Assembly: GCF_006345805.1 (NCBI RefSeq)
Contig: NC_043010.1
Location: 23,994,001 to 24,058,000, forward strand
Origin: Octopus sinensis
Taxonomy: Eukaryota
Length of the DNA: 64,000 nt
Reading direction: 5' to 3'
In this document: positions 25,945 to 41,414 of the stretch, piece by piece
Layout of the letters: each line of letters starts with the position of its first letter
Position numbering within the stretch: position 1 is the first letter of the stretch
Program-made: the position numbers and the translations under genes
The notes under the pieces: model-generated
Database searches by the model: none
Seen by the model: the letters and a program-made list of their open reading frames with translations, nothing else
What the model was told of the DNA's origin: nothing

Positions 25945-26964
25945 ATCAGAATGAATATTTAACATTCTACTATTTCATTTATTTTATTCAATTATAATTA
26001 TTATCTTATAATATATCATTATAAGATTGTAAGTAAAACGTGAAAATCAGACGGTTGGAATTCTTTTTATTAATATATATATATATATGTACATATATAT
26101 ATATATACATATATATGTGTTTGTGTGTAAGCATGTATGTATGTATATATATATATATATAGTTATGTCCGTTTGTATGGGTGTAGGTATGTATTTGCAG
26201 CAGAGAATGTGTTGGGGAATATGGCAGAGAGACGGAAGGACAATAAATGTGAAGGGAAATCGAGATCTGAATATATAACAGTTTACACACACACATATTT
26301 GACATATATATATATATATGTATATCTATAATGGGTGATTGGTATACGTGAGAGGTGGATATGGTGTGTCATATTTCTCTCTTTCCCTCTTATTTCTTTA
26401 CAGTATTCTAATGTCACAACCCCGAATACATAATTATTTATCATTGTGCGTTGTGCCATTTATGTGGAGACTTAAGGATCACTCCGTTGTTTAGGTTGGA
26501 ATCTGATTACACACATACACACACACCACGCACACACACACGCAAACACACAAATACACAGACAAACACGCACACGCACACATATATACATACACACAGA
26601 TACATACGAAGAAAAAACGTAAAGCAGTAACACCTAGATTTCATATATCTATAATTTAATTGTGCTCAGAAGTTGTTTCAATGGAATAAAACAGCATGAT
26701 CTTATAAATACGTAATTAACATAATTAATTAATTAATTTAAATGCGATATACTACTCATGTTATCAAGAGAAGATAATGAAAAATGGCAATCAACTTACC
26801 TTTGCTGCATCATATTAACCTATGCGAGTTAAACAATTAATAATTAATTGAGCTTTTAAATATCGTGTTTATACACCAATTAACTACACATGTATATATG
26901 TATGTATGTATATATATATATATATATAATAATATATATATATATACGTTATATATATATATAG

Positions 26965-27003
<39 letters not shown>

Positions 27004-27020
27004 ATATATCTATATATATA

Positions 27021-27058
<38 letters not shown>

Positions 27059-27329
27059 GTAATATATATAATTATACACCAATTAACTACACATGTATAT
27101 ACGTATATATATATGTGCGTAACATATACGTACTTGTGTATGTTTGAGTGTCTGCGTGTGAGTGTACGTGTGTTTGTATGTGTGTGTGTGTGCGTGTGTG
27201 TGTGTGTGTGTGTGGTATATTTGTTATGGATCAATTTTCTGTTACATATATTTTAAATATTTGAAAATCATAACATTAAAAGTTAGAAAACAAAAAACAC
27301 AGGTCGATGTTTAATACTATTACCTGCTA

Positions 27330-27720
27330 TTTCAATATTTCGAGCACAAGATATCTTCTTCAAGAAATCTTTGGAGTTGATAGCTGATTTCTCTGCTCTG
27401 TGGGGTTGTTTCACTTTCCTGTAGTATCCAATCAACTGCGTGCGGTTTAGATCGGTTATGTATTTGCAAACCGAACTTGGTGATTATAGCGGCTTCTTTT
27501 ATTTTGAAGTTCCCAATATTTCGCTCTGTAGTTTCAATAAGTGTATCTATGAGTGTAAATATGTGTTTATGTTCTTTAATTTGCTTTAGATATCTCGGCT
27601 AAGGCGGTGTTGGTACCTGGTATAATCTGTAAACATTTCATTTCGTTTTCCTCTGCCTTCTGATCAGTTTTCAATCCATCCCTGGTAGCTGGCTGCTATT
27701 TACTGACAGGCTTTAAAACA
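27330..27720 (-). mobile_element. Fossil PLE 3' end (GIY-YIG C-terminus remnant plus decayed hammerhead)
   Basis: Remnant peptides TNTALAE / KEHKHIF / IETTERNIGNFKIKEAAII, followed by TTTC-TTGAAGA-A-G...CTC-GAAA-TA-TT-GAAA at 27330-27367. Confidence 0.5.
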
Positions 27721-27939
27721 AACAGTAATAGTGGAAGTGATTTATCACTCGTTCTGTGACATGATATGGAAATTTAACATTTTCATATCCTTGTGCAAAT
27801 TCATTTACACATGCACACTCACACACGCTGAAACACACACACACACACACATATACACACATTTGCCTCTAAGTTTATGTGTTCTACCTATATGTATCGA
27901 TATATCTATGAATCTATCAATATGCATATATTTATATAT

Positions 27940-27987
<48 letters not shown>

Positions 27988-28756
27988 TATATATACATGT
28001 ACATACACACATTTGCATACATACATATATAGAGAAAATGAATACATGATGAGGAATAGGCGGAGCTGTAAGAACGAGGCAATGACTTTCGGTTTCCTGC
28101 ATCCTGAATTCGAATCCTGCCGTAGCGTACTTGAGTGGTAGAGTAAATCCGTCACCTTCTCATACACCACCTCATTGTACACATCTTGGCTGCGTTTTAT
28201 AGAATCTACACTGTTGCAAGATTTCAAGCCATGTTCCATCCCTCACTAATCTCAGTCAGGAGAGATGGATTATGCCTTATCTCTTATATAATTCGTTTTG
28301 TGTTCATAAACATGTCCGGAAACTTCGCCTGAAAGGAGGCACACAATCAGACTATAAACTAGATAATTCCTTTTAAAGGAATTACTTTTCTCTAAGTGGT
28401 AGGCTAGTTGATGCTATTTTAAGAAAGCAGGTATTTGTTTTTATTTTTGTAACGTATTTTTTCACGGTGAAGTTTCCTACGGCAAAAATGTTTATGGTGA
28501 AATTTCCTGTAACAGTTCCTAAGCAGAAGCGATTCAGTAATTCAGGAATGGATTTGGTCTTACAAACCAGAAAGAACGTCTTTTTCTCAATTTTAACCCG
28601 GCTGCTCTTAATGCTGCTACTGGTGTCAAAACTGTGATGATTTTTGGTCGATGACTGATGAAAGAATGAGCGTGATCCCGTCTATTGTGTTTTTCTTTTC
28701 CCAGTTTTCGAAATGTTCCTTTGACGTCCTCCTATGCTACATTTTACAAAACACAG

Positions 28757-28812
<56 letters not shown>

Positions 28813-29462
28813 GCACGCACGCACACACACATACACACACACACGCACGCACACACACACATGCATACAGGGCTTCCTCTGTCAAAACCTGATGACACTG
28901 TAAAAAGCATCTGCATAAAAGGCTGCGTAGTGGGATCGAAGCTAGAACCATCCCACTACTAAGTGAACTACTAACCACAGTACAATCTATATAGAGTATT
29001 TGAGCTTTGACAAGGTAACAAGCTGCCGCTGTGATGTTTATCGGAGGGTACGGTGACCCGGTCAGTGACAAACAGATAGAAATCTAATTAATGGAATTGA
29101 AGTTAACGGGGTAGAAAGTGTGTCAGATCTATATGACAGCGAAACAAGGGCGTTGTAGTTGATTGATGACTCTTTAAGATTTATCGACAGGAGATAATGA
29201 AGATTAAAAGGAAAAACCGAGGTAAACAGGTGAATGAAATGTAACGTAAATGCTGTATCATTTCTATCGTTACCAGTTGAATCACATCAATAGCACTCAA
29301 GACTTCATCAATTTGGAATGTATCTGCAGTAGTGGTTCTTAATATTCTTGGATTTCTTGGTGAAGGATATCAAAATATAATACTTCCATTCCTATCAACA
29401 TACATACGCGTATGTGTGTGACGTGTAAATGAGTGAGTGTGTATATATATATATATATATAC

Positions 29463-30704
<1,242 letters not shown>

Positions 30705-30879
30705 ATATACATATATATATATATATATGTATATATATGCGTATGTACATAGGTGTATATATGTATATATATATATACATACATACATATATGTATATAT
30801 ATATATTATATATATATATGTATATATATATATGTTATGTATGTATGTATGTATGTATGCATAAATGTGTGTGTATGTC

Positions 30880-31070
30880 TGTCTGTGTTAGTCCCCCGCC
30901 ATTGCTTCACAACCGATGTTGATTTGTTTACATTCCCGTAACATAGCTGTTCGGCAAAAGAGACCGATAGAATAAGTACTACGCTTACAAAGAGTAAGTA
31001 CTAGGCTTACAAAGAATGGTCGCAGACAAATGACTGAAACAATTAAAAGAATAAAAGAATAAAAGAAAGA
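30880..31070 (+). mobile_element. SINE 3' fragment with a ~22 bp internal tandem duplication
   Basis: TAAGTACTA(C/G)GCTTACAAAGA twice; homologous to 39745-39950. Confidence 0.75.
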
Positions 31071-31094
31071 ATACGCGCACGCACACACGCACAG

Positions 31095-31400
31095 ACACAG
31101 AGGCTGCGGTAACTGAATTGTCGTCTAAATTTCGTACAAATGAAAATAACACCGACATCTCATCTTAACGCATATATAGGCCTCCGTGTTGAGTCTGAGG
31201 CCGTGCGGGAAGATGAATTTAGGCATAACGTCACCTTCACTATTGATAACTCCAAATACCATGATGTTGACTGGATCTTTGATTTTTATCACACTCGGTA
31301 CATGTTTTGGAGGCACAGCAAGCCAACGGTTGTTTTGTGCGTTCACCATCTGATTCTGGAAGAAATTTTTCTCATTTGAGAAAAATCAATGTGTGTTAGA
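31095..31400 (-). mobile_element. Tc1/mariner superfamily (maT/DD37D-like) transposase fragment
   Basis: ORF 31125-31349: QNNRWLA...VNIMVFGVINSEGDVMPKFIFPHGLRLNTEAY, resembling the catalytic-core region of maT-type transposases. Confidence 0.7.
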
Positions 31401-31739
31401 AACAATAGGTATCAGGTGTATATATATAACTCCGTATACCTTCCTCGTCTATTTTTCTATCTTCGATTGTATTGCTTACATAGACGTATTCGTATATGAA
31501 ACGTCGTCTCTTACAGTGTGGCTCCGAAATCAATAGAAAATATATTGTTAAATGTTCACTTTGTATATCGGAAGAATATATCGCTGCTATGTGAGACAGA
31601 TCTAACGACCATGCAGAGACTCTTTCGCTTGTTATACACTTATAACGAACGAAGGATTGGTAGAATGTTCTGCTAATAACTACCTTAGAGCCGAGCACAA
31701 TAGACTCACGCATAACAGCAAGGCTGCTTCACACTTAGG

Positions 31740-32018
31740 CTTTTCTCCTCCGAGGCATATGACAGGGCAGAGTTGTTTATGGAAAACCATTAGTCACCAA
31801 TGCTTACCAGTCTTACCGCTCCACGTCACTGAAAGGAAAGGCAAAGGGGCCGATACAGGTTGGCTCCTATCACGTTGCAACTCATTTCTATAGCTGAGTA
31901 CACTGGAGCAATGTGAAATGAAGTGTCTTGCTCGAGAACACGACACACAGCACCGTCCGGGAATCGAACTCACTACCTCATGACTGTGAGTACAATGCTC
32001 TCACACCGAGCCATAACG
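31740..32018 (-). mobile_element. tRNA-headed SINE with CORE-like central domain
   Basis: B-box GAGTTCGATTCCC on -, followed by GTGTTCTCGAGCAAGACAC...CTCAGCTATAGAAATGAG. Confidence 0.8.
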
Positions 32019-32022
32019 CAAT

Positions 32023-32071
<49 letters not shown>

Positions 32072-33169
32072 CGAGTGTTTGTAGGCCTTTTCTCCCCCAT
32101 TAACACCTTCACAAGTCCCATGATCATCACCGCCACCAGAGTCATCACGTTCATTCCAGACATTATGTCGTATATACATGATCCAGTTCCGTCCCGTTCT
32201 CAGATTTCTGAATTTAAATTCTACCGTAGTTAGATTCACATTTCATTCTTTTGAAGTCAATCGAATAACTGTAGGAAATACCGAATCGATTTTATCGATT
32301 CTAAAACTGTATCCAAATATTGACTTTGTGTCTAGACATAATAAGTGCAAGCAGTAGTCTTTTAATGTGTTTAATGTAACTTTGATGAAGTGATGGACGG
32401 GCAAATATCGGTTTTAATTGGTACCAAACAACTACGCCCTATTTAACATCGTTAACACTTTACCATATTTAACGGCGCTACCTAGTCCGTTTGCGATTAC
32501 AGCTAAATCCAGTTTCTTTTAAACATTCGGAGCTCACCTGTGATATGTTGAAGCCACGAATTTCATGGTTACTTACGGCAGGTTCATGGGTACATTCCCT
32601 CCTTCAATGGTTTAAAAAAAACAAAAGAGAAAACGAGCCTAACGGATGTTCGTGCTACTGGCTCTGCATTGGGTCCTTGGCGAACGCATTTAATTCTCAA
32701 CACGTAATTCTAATTGTGTACCAAAGATGAAATAATCCGTCGTCATAATATCATAAAAATAGCTGCAGAGATGTCGAGTTAAAGAGTGATTTGTTGGTTC
32801 ACGTAAACACATCATAATTACACCCTCGTGACAAAACGGTAAAGACTGCCTGTGGTGGGCTAACTAGATTGGAAAATGATCTTTTAGAGAGTATCAATCA
32901 TAATTATTGACGGAGTGTTTTATGCATGATTTCAATTATTTTTAATCCCACATGTACGTCCCTACAGGTGACGCTGGTAGGATAATCGGTACAGTAGCTT
33001 ACAATTTATTCTGTGGATATTTAGTTTACAGAACTACACGAACTTAGAACATACCTCGACGTAGTAGAATTAGCAATTGGCTCTTCCGGCACAGATAAAA
33101 GACATACCTCCAATTACCTGGTCGATATATTCGACAACGTATCGTATTTCAAGTCGTTGTATTGACAGC

Positions 33170-33190
33170 ATAATAATAATAATAATAATG

Positions 33191-33241
<51 letters not shown>

Positions 33242-33261
33242 TAATAATAATAATAATGATC

Positions 33262-33328
<67 letters not shown>

Positions 33329-33345
33329 TAATAATAATGATAATC
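33170..33345. repeat. (AAT)n array with no Dong insertion
   Basis: Directly visible. Confidence 0.95.
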
Positions 33346-33573
33346 ATTAATCAGTATCCACAGGTATATATCTGTGTAAGAAAATGTAGATATCAAGAGA
33401 TCGCATAAGTTAATTTACAATAAATATATGTGGTACCTCTACTACGCAGCTAACCATATGAATGTATTGAAGGTAGGAAATTATGTAATAAATCAAAGTT
33501 AACTACACCTATTTAGATGCGTATATATATATATATATATATACATATACACACACACATATATATATATATG

Positions 33574-33619
<46 letters not shown>

Positions 33620-33778
33620 CATATATGTATGTATGTATGTATATATATATATATTATGTACAATTATACACATGCGTATATGTAAATGTATACATTCAAA
33701 ATTAACTTATATAAGAATATATATATGCAATATATGAGATCTGTATATGTACATGTGTGTGTGCGTGTGTGTGAGCAT

Positions 33779-33838
<60 letters not shown>

Positions 33839-34010
33839 CACATATACAATATATTTAATATGTAACATCCGTAATATATACATACAAAGTATATGTAAAT
33901 ATATGAATATATATATATATTTATATTTATAAGTTCATATATATATATACTCATATATATATATACATATATATACATATATATGTATGTATATATATAT
34001 GTATATATAT

Positions 34011-34075
<65 letters not shown>

Positions 34076-34335
34076 GTATGTATAAATGTGTGTGCGGGCG
34101 TGCATGTGTGCGTGGTGTTGATGTATGTGCCTGTTTTGCAATTAGTTAATAGATTCGGAAAAAATATTCATTCTCCAGAGAATATATGCTCAAGCTTCAT
34201 TAATTATTTTCTGTAGCGATTTCATTTCATTTCATTTCGTTTGTTCCTTTTCTTTGTTTTTCTTTTCTTTTCTTAGTCTTTTTATTTTATTTCCTTAATC
34301 TTACCTTTCAATATTCATCCTTCCCCGAAGACTAT

Positions 34336-34414
34336 CCAATCATCTTGGTTATGATATTTTGATATTTGCCGCTTACGTCATTGGTAGGAATTCTGAATGA
34401 ATAAAGATGGCGCC
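34336..34414 (+). promoter_or_regulatory. Candidate housekeeping-type core promoter
   Basis: CCAAT (34336), TTACGTCA (34373), ATTGG (34380) and YY1-like AAGATGGCGCC (34404) within 80 bp of non-repeat DNA. Confidence 0.4.
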
Positions 34415-34782
34415 GATCAAATGTCTCTTATAACAACACGCACCAAAAAATACAAAAAATGAAGAATACAAAAGAAAAGAATGGATCTAGTTAACAAAAG
34501 ATGATATTGTTTTTGCTGTTCTTAGTGGTGATGGTGGTGGTGTAGTTACATTTTTGTGTTGTTTTTTAAAGATGAACGCAAGTTTTAATTAATGGCCTGG
34601 TCGATTATTTATCGTCACCAAGAATTGAGCGATTTATAACAGTCATATTTCATCTTTAAAACATCGTAATTGTTAAAGATGCTGAATAATTTTATTATTT
34701 ATTTGACAAATTTCATAAAGAGAATGTCCCTCCTACTATTTTTTAATATTATCTCCCTTTAGATTTTTCGTTTACTATTTTA

Positions 34783-34982
<200 letters not shown>

Positions 34983-37100
34983 AAATTTTTTCTCCGTCTT
35001 TTCGTTTTCATTCGAAAATTTTTAAAACAAAAGCGCGTAACTGCATTTTTATAAAGTTTTAGGCTTAAGATTTATTTTAATTATTCTTGAAAATACCTAA
35101 AAACAAAAGAATCTAAAAGCAAAAACCACGGATAAAGCGAAAAATATAACGACCGTTTTCCATTGACAGCATGGTATTTGGAATTGGAAATAAGAAATAT
35201 TTTCTTAGGTTAAAAAATACTTTATTTTTGCGTGTGTATATTTTACCAATTTAGAACGATGTACAAATCGTGTATCATTCACAGAAAAAGATTTGAAATA
35301 GTTTGAATATGAAATTTACTTTCTTGATAGCTGGTATTCCGCTTCATTTACGTTACTAAGGCCTTTGGAAGGCAGAAAAAAAAGAAGAAAAAAGGAAATA
35401 AAACAAGTAAATGCGTGAACTGATTTTTCATTTTGATATAAATTTTAAACGTTTGTGAATGTAGAAAATCAATAATAGATTACCAAATGTAGTGAACACT
35501 TAAGCTAAAAGTGAACTCTCCATGGGCCCACGGTGCAATTTCGAATCCCGGTTCAAACAATATCATTTTAATTATGTCACTAACGCCCTAATAATAAACA
35601 TGAATGATGGAGGAGCCAAGGGGAAGCTTCTACATGGTTTGTATAAACTGACAGAAATGGCAACGAAATCTCCCTCGAATGACGTATGACTTAGATAAAT
35701 ATTAAAAAAAGATACATTAGAAGAGCTAGTCAATGCTGCTCTGGAAGTCGGAATGGTCATGGTTAGAACCCTTTTTATCATAGATCAGAGTTGACCTTGA
35801 GTTTAAAAATCACAGGGGACGTGAAAGACAGTTTTACTCACCTTTTAACTACGAAATCATAAAGAAATCGATTAATTAGTTGTTCTTACTGCTGTTGGGT
35901 CTTCATTCAAATGTGATCGAGCAAATCTGTGTTCCAGGATATTCCTGCCGTGACGGTCTCAACAGCTTTTCGTGAATATATAAGATTGTCTTATTTAAAA
36001 CGGTAGGATATGGTTCGAAGAAAATTTGGCTATTAATTCTAACAGATCGATCGGTCACATAGCGATCTGATCGTTGATTTGCCCAATTATCATGTTGCAA
36101 GACACGGGATAAGTTCTTGCTCGCTTCGGTTAGAAACATGGTTTCCTTTCCGATTTCAAGTCGTTTTGCTTCGTTTATCTCCATACCCTTAGGCGAAATG
36201 TCACCGAATTATACTGTCATAGATGTTTCAAAGAAGAGGTGGATTGACACGATTGGAACGTCTTGCATCCATCAGTCAATTTGTTTGATGAAAAGAGATA
36301 AACCAGGTAAGTTATTTCTTTCAAAAAATACTCTCAAAGTACAAAGAGTTTTAAAAATATATCAACTCTGATCAAAGTCTTTCATCCTATTCCTGACCAT
36401 ACACTTTCAAGAATCTATGTGATTATATTAACTGAAGAGTTCTTCCATTTCGTAAGACAGGATTTTAAATCAGATGGGACAGAACGGGTACTAAACACCA
36501 GATGGCATTTCTAGCAATTCTATAATCTGCCTGCTCTTAAGTGTCGGGTTGTCAGGTAAACTCGATCGACTTTTCTCCATTGTCATTTTTCTCAATGTTA
36601 TTTGAATTAATAGGTGAAATATATTCATTTTAGTGTTTAATGGTTTTTGCAACTCTATTTTTAACTTTACAACTTTTGTTAATCATTTTTAAAATTAAAA
36701 TATATCTTGTCTCTTTTCCGACAAAATGTCGAGCCGAGAGAAAAAAACAAAAACAAAAAAAAGAAAGCCAAAGAATTTATTTAACTACAGAATAATTATA
36801 GAATTTAACAAGAATTCACAAGTATCGTTAGAAGAGAATACAAACACACTGAAACCACTGCCAATATACGAGCACGCAATATTTGGAACATTCAAAATAC
36901 GGTTTCAGCGATATTTGGCTGCTATTTCGAACAAATTGTGCTTTCACATAGGTGGCTCACGAATATGAACCGTTGCCTAAATGGAAAGTGAGACAGAACA
37001 AAGACATTGCTCGTTGATGGTTTAAATGTTGTAAAATATAGACGAGTGTTGTTCTTGCCAGTCAAACACTTCTGATTACCTGACATATTCTTATTAAATT

Positions 37101-37615
37101 TACCGTAAATCCTCGAGTATAGTCCGCCCTTGTGTATAATACGCAGGTTTTTTTAGAGGGCTGTACCTCTGAAAAACTTAAACATTGTGTATAATACACA
37201 CCCCTTCTCTACCTTGAGTCAAGGAGGTCTATATATCGTCTCTGGTTTGAAAAAATGTATACGATAAGGCCCTTTATTATTATTGTATATATATAACATA
37301 ATGCAAACGTGTAGCTATTTGTGCATTTTGTTTGCAGAAAATAAAGAAATAGCAGTAATAACATTTAATAAATATTGCTTACTGCAAGTTACGGATGATT
37401 CTTTTATGACTCCATTGCCTTCAGGTTTAGCTTAAGGTATTTTCGCGCCCGACATCACAAAATGCGTCTGAATAAACATTGCCGGACAGCAAATCGAGAC
37501 TCAGACATTGCTTAGAAAATAATTTTCATTTTTAACCTCGTGTATAGTACTCACTAGGGATTTTGACCTTTATATTTGGGGGAAAAATGCGGATTATACT
37601 CGAGGATTTACGGTA
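37101..37615. mobile_element. MITE with ~25 bp TIRs and TA target duplication (Tc1/pogo-like)
   Basis: TA-CCGTAAATCCTCGAGTATAGTCCGC ... GCGGATTATACTCGAGGATTTACGG-TA (one mismatch); subterminal GTGTATAATAC repeats. Confidence 0.88.
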
Positions 37616-39611
37616 TATCTCTGAAAGAATTGGAATGATTGCGATGTTACGGTGATGTGTGTTTACTTGGTCATGAACGTATCGTAAGTTCAAACATGTC
37701 ATTTTTTTTCTGAGGAGCTACAAAGATAATTCTGAAGAATGATCTCTAAAACCGATCAACCATTTCTACGTTTCTTTTGACCATAAAGGTTCGATCAACT
37801 GACCCGCTTTATAACCGCTGAGTGGAAAGTTTTGATTACATCTAAATATTTTGTAAGAGCGATTGACTGTCCGCAAACATATTGAATGACTCACTCAAAG
37901 CCCATGACATTTTCGGACCTTTGAAACTGGTATGAGGAAGAGAAGATATTATCCTTAGAATAAAGACATGTCTCATGTGCTTACTACAGGGGAGACTCCG
38001 GCTAAAGGTAACCTGGGATATATGTTATGTTGTTATAAAGGTAACAGATACGTCTATCTTCATTTAAAGATGTTCTGCTTTAAAAACCATAAAATATGAA
38101 TGGAATGATTAGATATCAAGATGTCCAGACTTCGTGCTTGTATGTGTCTATCAGAATCTACGAAGTTTCATAAAACATCTCAGAAATTACTAGAGCTGGA
38201 TGAATGTCTTGAAATTCAGGTTGAAAGTATCAGATTTGAGAGGAGTAGGTGGCAGGTCTCGCAATTCACGAGAGTTCGTTGAAGGGTGTGACAATCAAGA
38301 TGCGTGGCTGAAGTAGCAGGAAATCAAAAGAATTAGCTCAAGATCTCGATATTCATGTGACTTGTAAACTAACACAAAAAACAGTCTATGAACAGTTTTC
38401 ATTTGATGTACCGATTAAATATAAACTGTGGGAGATTTTTTGGTTGGTAGATAAAGGAGAGACAAATCAACATTCAAAGATTCAACGCTATCTTATGACA
38501 TGACGCAACTAAATTCTTTTTAATGCCGCGTCAGATAGGTTTGCCCGTTAGAATTTCTCACAAATTCTCGATGACACATTCTCATATATCCAACAATCAC
38601 TTACCCGCTAACTCCTACTCGCCCCCTTTACTTAATCAATAGATGAATCAATCAGTCACTCAATTCTTTAATTATATATTGTATATAAGCCGTAGCAAAA
38701 TGAAAGCTCATGATAAACCGAAACTGAAATGAGATTTCATGGTTGAATTCCATTTGAATTCACTTAATTACTGATGTCATTAGGAAAGTAATAAACATCA
38801 CAACATATGCTCTTCTCTTTAAATTTAGGGCTTTTATGCCCGATCAGATTTACGTTCTTTATGTAGCGAATACCTATAAAGCTTAGTGGCATTCATGTCA
38901 CCTTGATATGCCATTAAAGCTATTTTACTTCATTTATCGTAATGTGTTGCGAAGTCATGAAATTCAGAAAAGCTCTATCTATAAATCTGAGGCTAAGTCA
39001 CCTGATTTACGTTAGATTATTACAGAAATTTATCAGGTTAAAACTAACCATTTAATAATTCGACATCGCCCTCTGCAGGAATAAGAGTTAAAATGCAGTG
39101 AATATCGCAGCGATCTTGATAAAAGTGGGGAAAAACTACAACATCCAACTTCAAAAGGGAATGAGCCTGCGTGCCATCTGTTGACAAGAACCTTAATTAA
39201 CCAAAGCCTGGTATCTCGTTTTCTTCAGTGGGTAAGAGATGTCAAGCAGTCGTCTCAGGTCACAGGAATTTCAGCCATGATTGAAACGTATTGCAACTGT
39301 TTGGGTTAACCCATGTGCAGTATAAACCCTATTTTTAGGAAACAAAAATGAAAAGAAATGCATGTCCGTTACATCCATTACTACATTCCTCCTGCAATTT
39401 TCCTTTATTTTGCTCTAGAAATCAATCAGTTCTAATCATATGAGGGCAATGGAAGAAATTCTGAGTTTTCTTTTAAAATCCGCCGTAGAAGAATATCAAC
39501 ATGCGATGCATTCGGTACCTGTCAATGATGAGTGGAATGTTCGATAAGCTTTTATACATATTGTCGAATAAACCAATTACAATCATACCTGTTTTCTAAC
39601 CACATGGCTCT

Positions 39612-41002
39612 GATTTCAGTCCTACCGCGTGACACCTTGGGCAAATGTCTTCTACTATAGCCTCGAACCGACCAAAGCATTGTGAGTAGATTTTGTAGAC
39701 GGAAACTGAAAGAAGCCCATCATGTGTTTGTGTGTGTGTATTTTTGTACCTGTTTTTGTCCTCCACCTACATTTGACGACCGGTCTTGGTATGTTTACGG
39801 CCACGTAACCTAGCGGCTCGGCCAAAGAGACCAATAGAATAAGTACTAGGCTTAAAAAAAAATTATTGACGTCGATCCATTCGACTAAAGATTCTTCAAG
39901 GTGGTGCCCCAGCATGGCCGCAGTCCAATGACTGAAACAGGTGAAAGGAAATAATTACACAAGATGAATAAAAAAACAGTCTTTTCAAATTTTGTCTGAA
40001 ATCCTGTAATTTTAGGAAAAAAGATAAATTGATTGCATCGTCTCCGCTCCTTGGCTGGAACTTATTTTATTGACACCGAAATGATGAAAGGTAAATCAGA
40101 TTTTAGCAGAAGTTGAGCACGGACCGTAAAACAGCCGTAAGTCATGCGTCTAAGCATTTTTGCCAGTGTGCAAAACATTCTGCCAACTCACCAACTCACC
40201 ATTTTACCATCTGACCAGGTAGTAATTCTTTCTACCATAGGTAGAAATTTTCAGGGTAGGTGCTTGTTGATTACGTTCCGGGCAATTTTTCCTACATCCT
40301 ATTTGTCGCACAAATCGACCCAAGGACTTATTCTTTGTAGGCCTAGTATTTATTCTATCGGTCACTTTTGCCGAACAGCTAGATAACGGGGACGTATCCA
40401 CACCAGCTTCGGTTGTTAAGCGATGGTGGAGAGAGAAACAGATATACAAACAGTCACACAGACACACACAAACTTGGGCAAGTGTCTTCTGCTATAGCCT
40501 CGGGCCGACCAAAGTTTGTTAGTGGAATTGGTCGGCCCGAGGCTGTAGCAGAAGGCCATTGCCCAAGGTGCCACGCAGTGGGACTTACCCCGGATACATA
40601 TGGTTGGTAAGCAAGCTACTTACCACACAGCCAGTCCTGCGCCTCATATATTTTTTGTTGAAATTTCTATATACACAAAGATGCGGGTGTCTCAGTGTGG
40701 TAAGAAGCTTCCTTACAAACCACATGGTTCTGGGTTCAGTTCTACTGTGTGATACCTTGGGCAAGTGTCTTTTAAAATAGCATCTGGCCCACCAAAATCT
40801 TATGAGTGAATTTAGTATGCGGAAACTGAATAAAGCTCCTCATACATGTACATACATATATATATGTATATGTATGTATATATAATGTATGTATGTATGT
40901 ATGTAGGTATATGTATATGTATGTATGTATATATATATATATATATATACACATACAAACACACACGTTTGTATATATATATATATATATTATATATATA
41001 TA

Positions 41003-41077
<75 letters not shown>

Positions 41078-41290
41078 AACGTGTGTGTTTGTGTGTGTGT
41101 CTGTGTCTGATAGTCACCTACTACCACTTGACAACCGGTGTTGCTGTGTTTACGTCCTAGTAACTTAGCTGTTCGTCAAAAGGGTGAATGGAATAAATTC
41201 CAAGCTTAGAACAAAAGTACTGGGATCATTTCATTCGATTAAAAGTCCCTCAAGGCCAAAATCTAACGCCCGAAACAAGAGACAAAAGAG
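39612..41290. mobile_element. Cluster of SINE copies and fragments in both orientations, interspersed with microsatellites
   Basis: Segments ~39612-39720 (+), 39745-39950 (+), 40070-40210 (-), 40300-40445 (-), 40473-40640 (foldback), 40685-40830 (+) and 41115-41290 (+) match other SINE copies in the window. Confidence 0.75.
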
Positions 41291-41414
41291 AAAAGATATT
41301 TTTATATCCCGAAAGTTGCTTCAATTTGGAGTCATTGTTACATATATTTGTGTGCGTGCGTGTGTGTGTATGTGTGTGTGTGTGTGTGTGTGCGTGCGTG
41401 TGTGTGTGTGTGTA

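Larger units (their letters stand above)
23178..26076 (-). mobile_element. Penelope-like element, 5'-truncated, with an ~820 bp inverted copy of its 3' end/pseudo-LTR
   Basis: Arms 23178-24007 and 25257-26076 are high-identity reverse complements; the spacer encodes RT and GIY-YIG on -. Confidence 0.92.
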
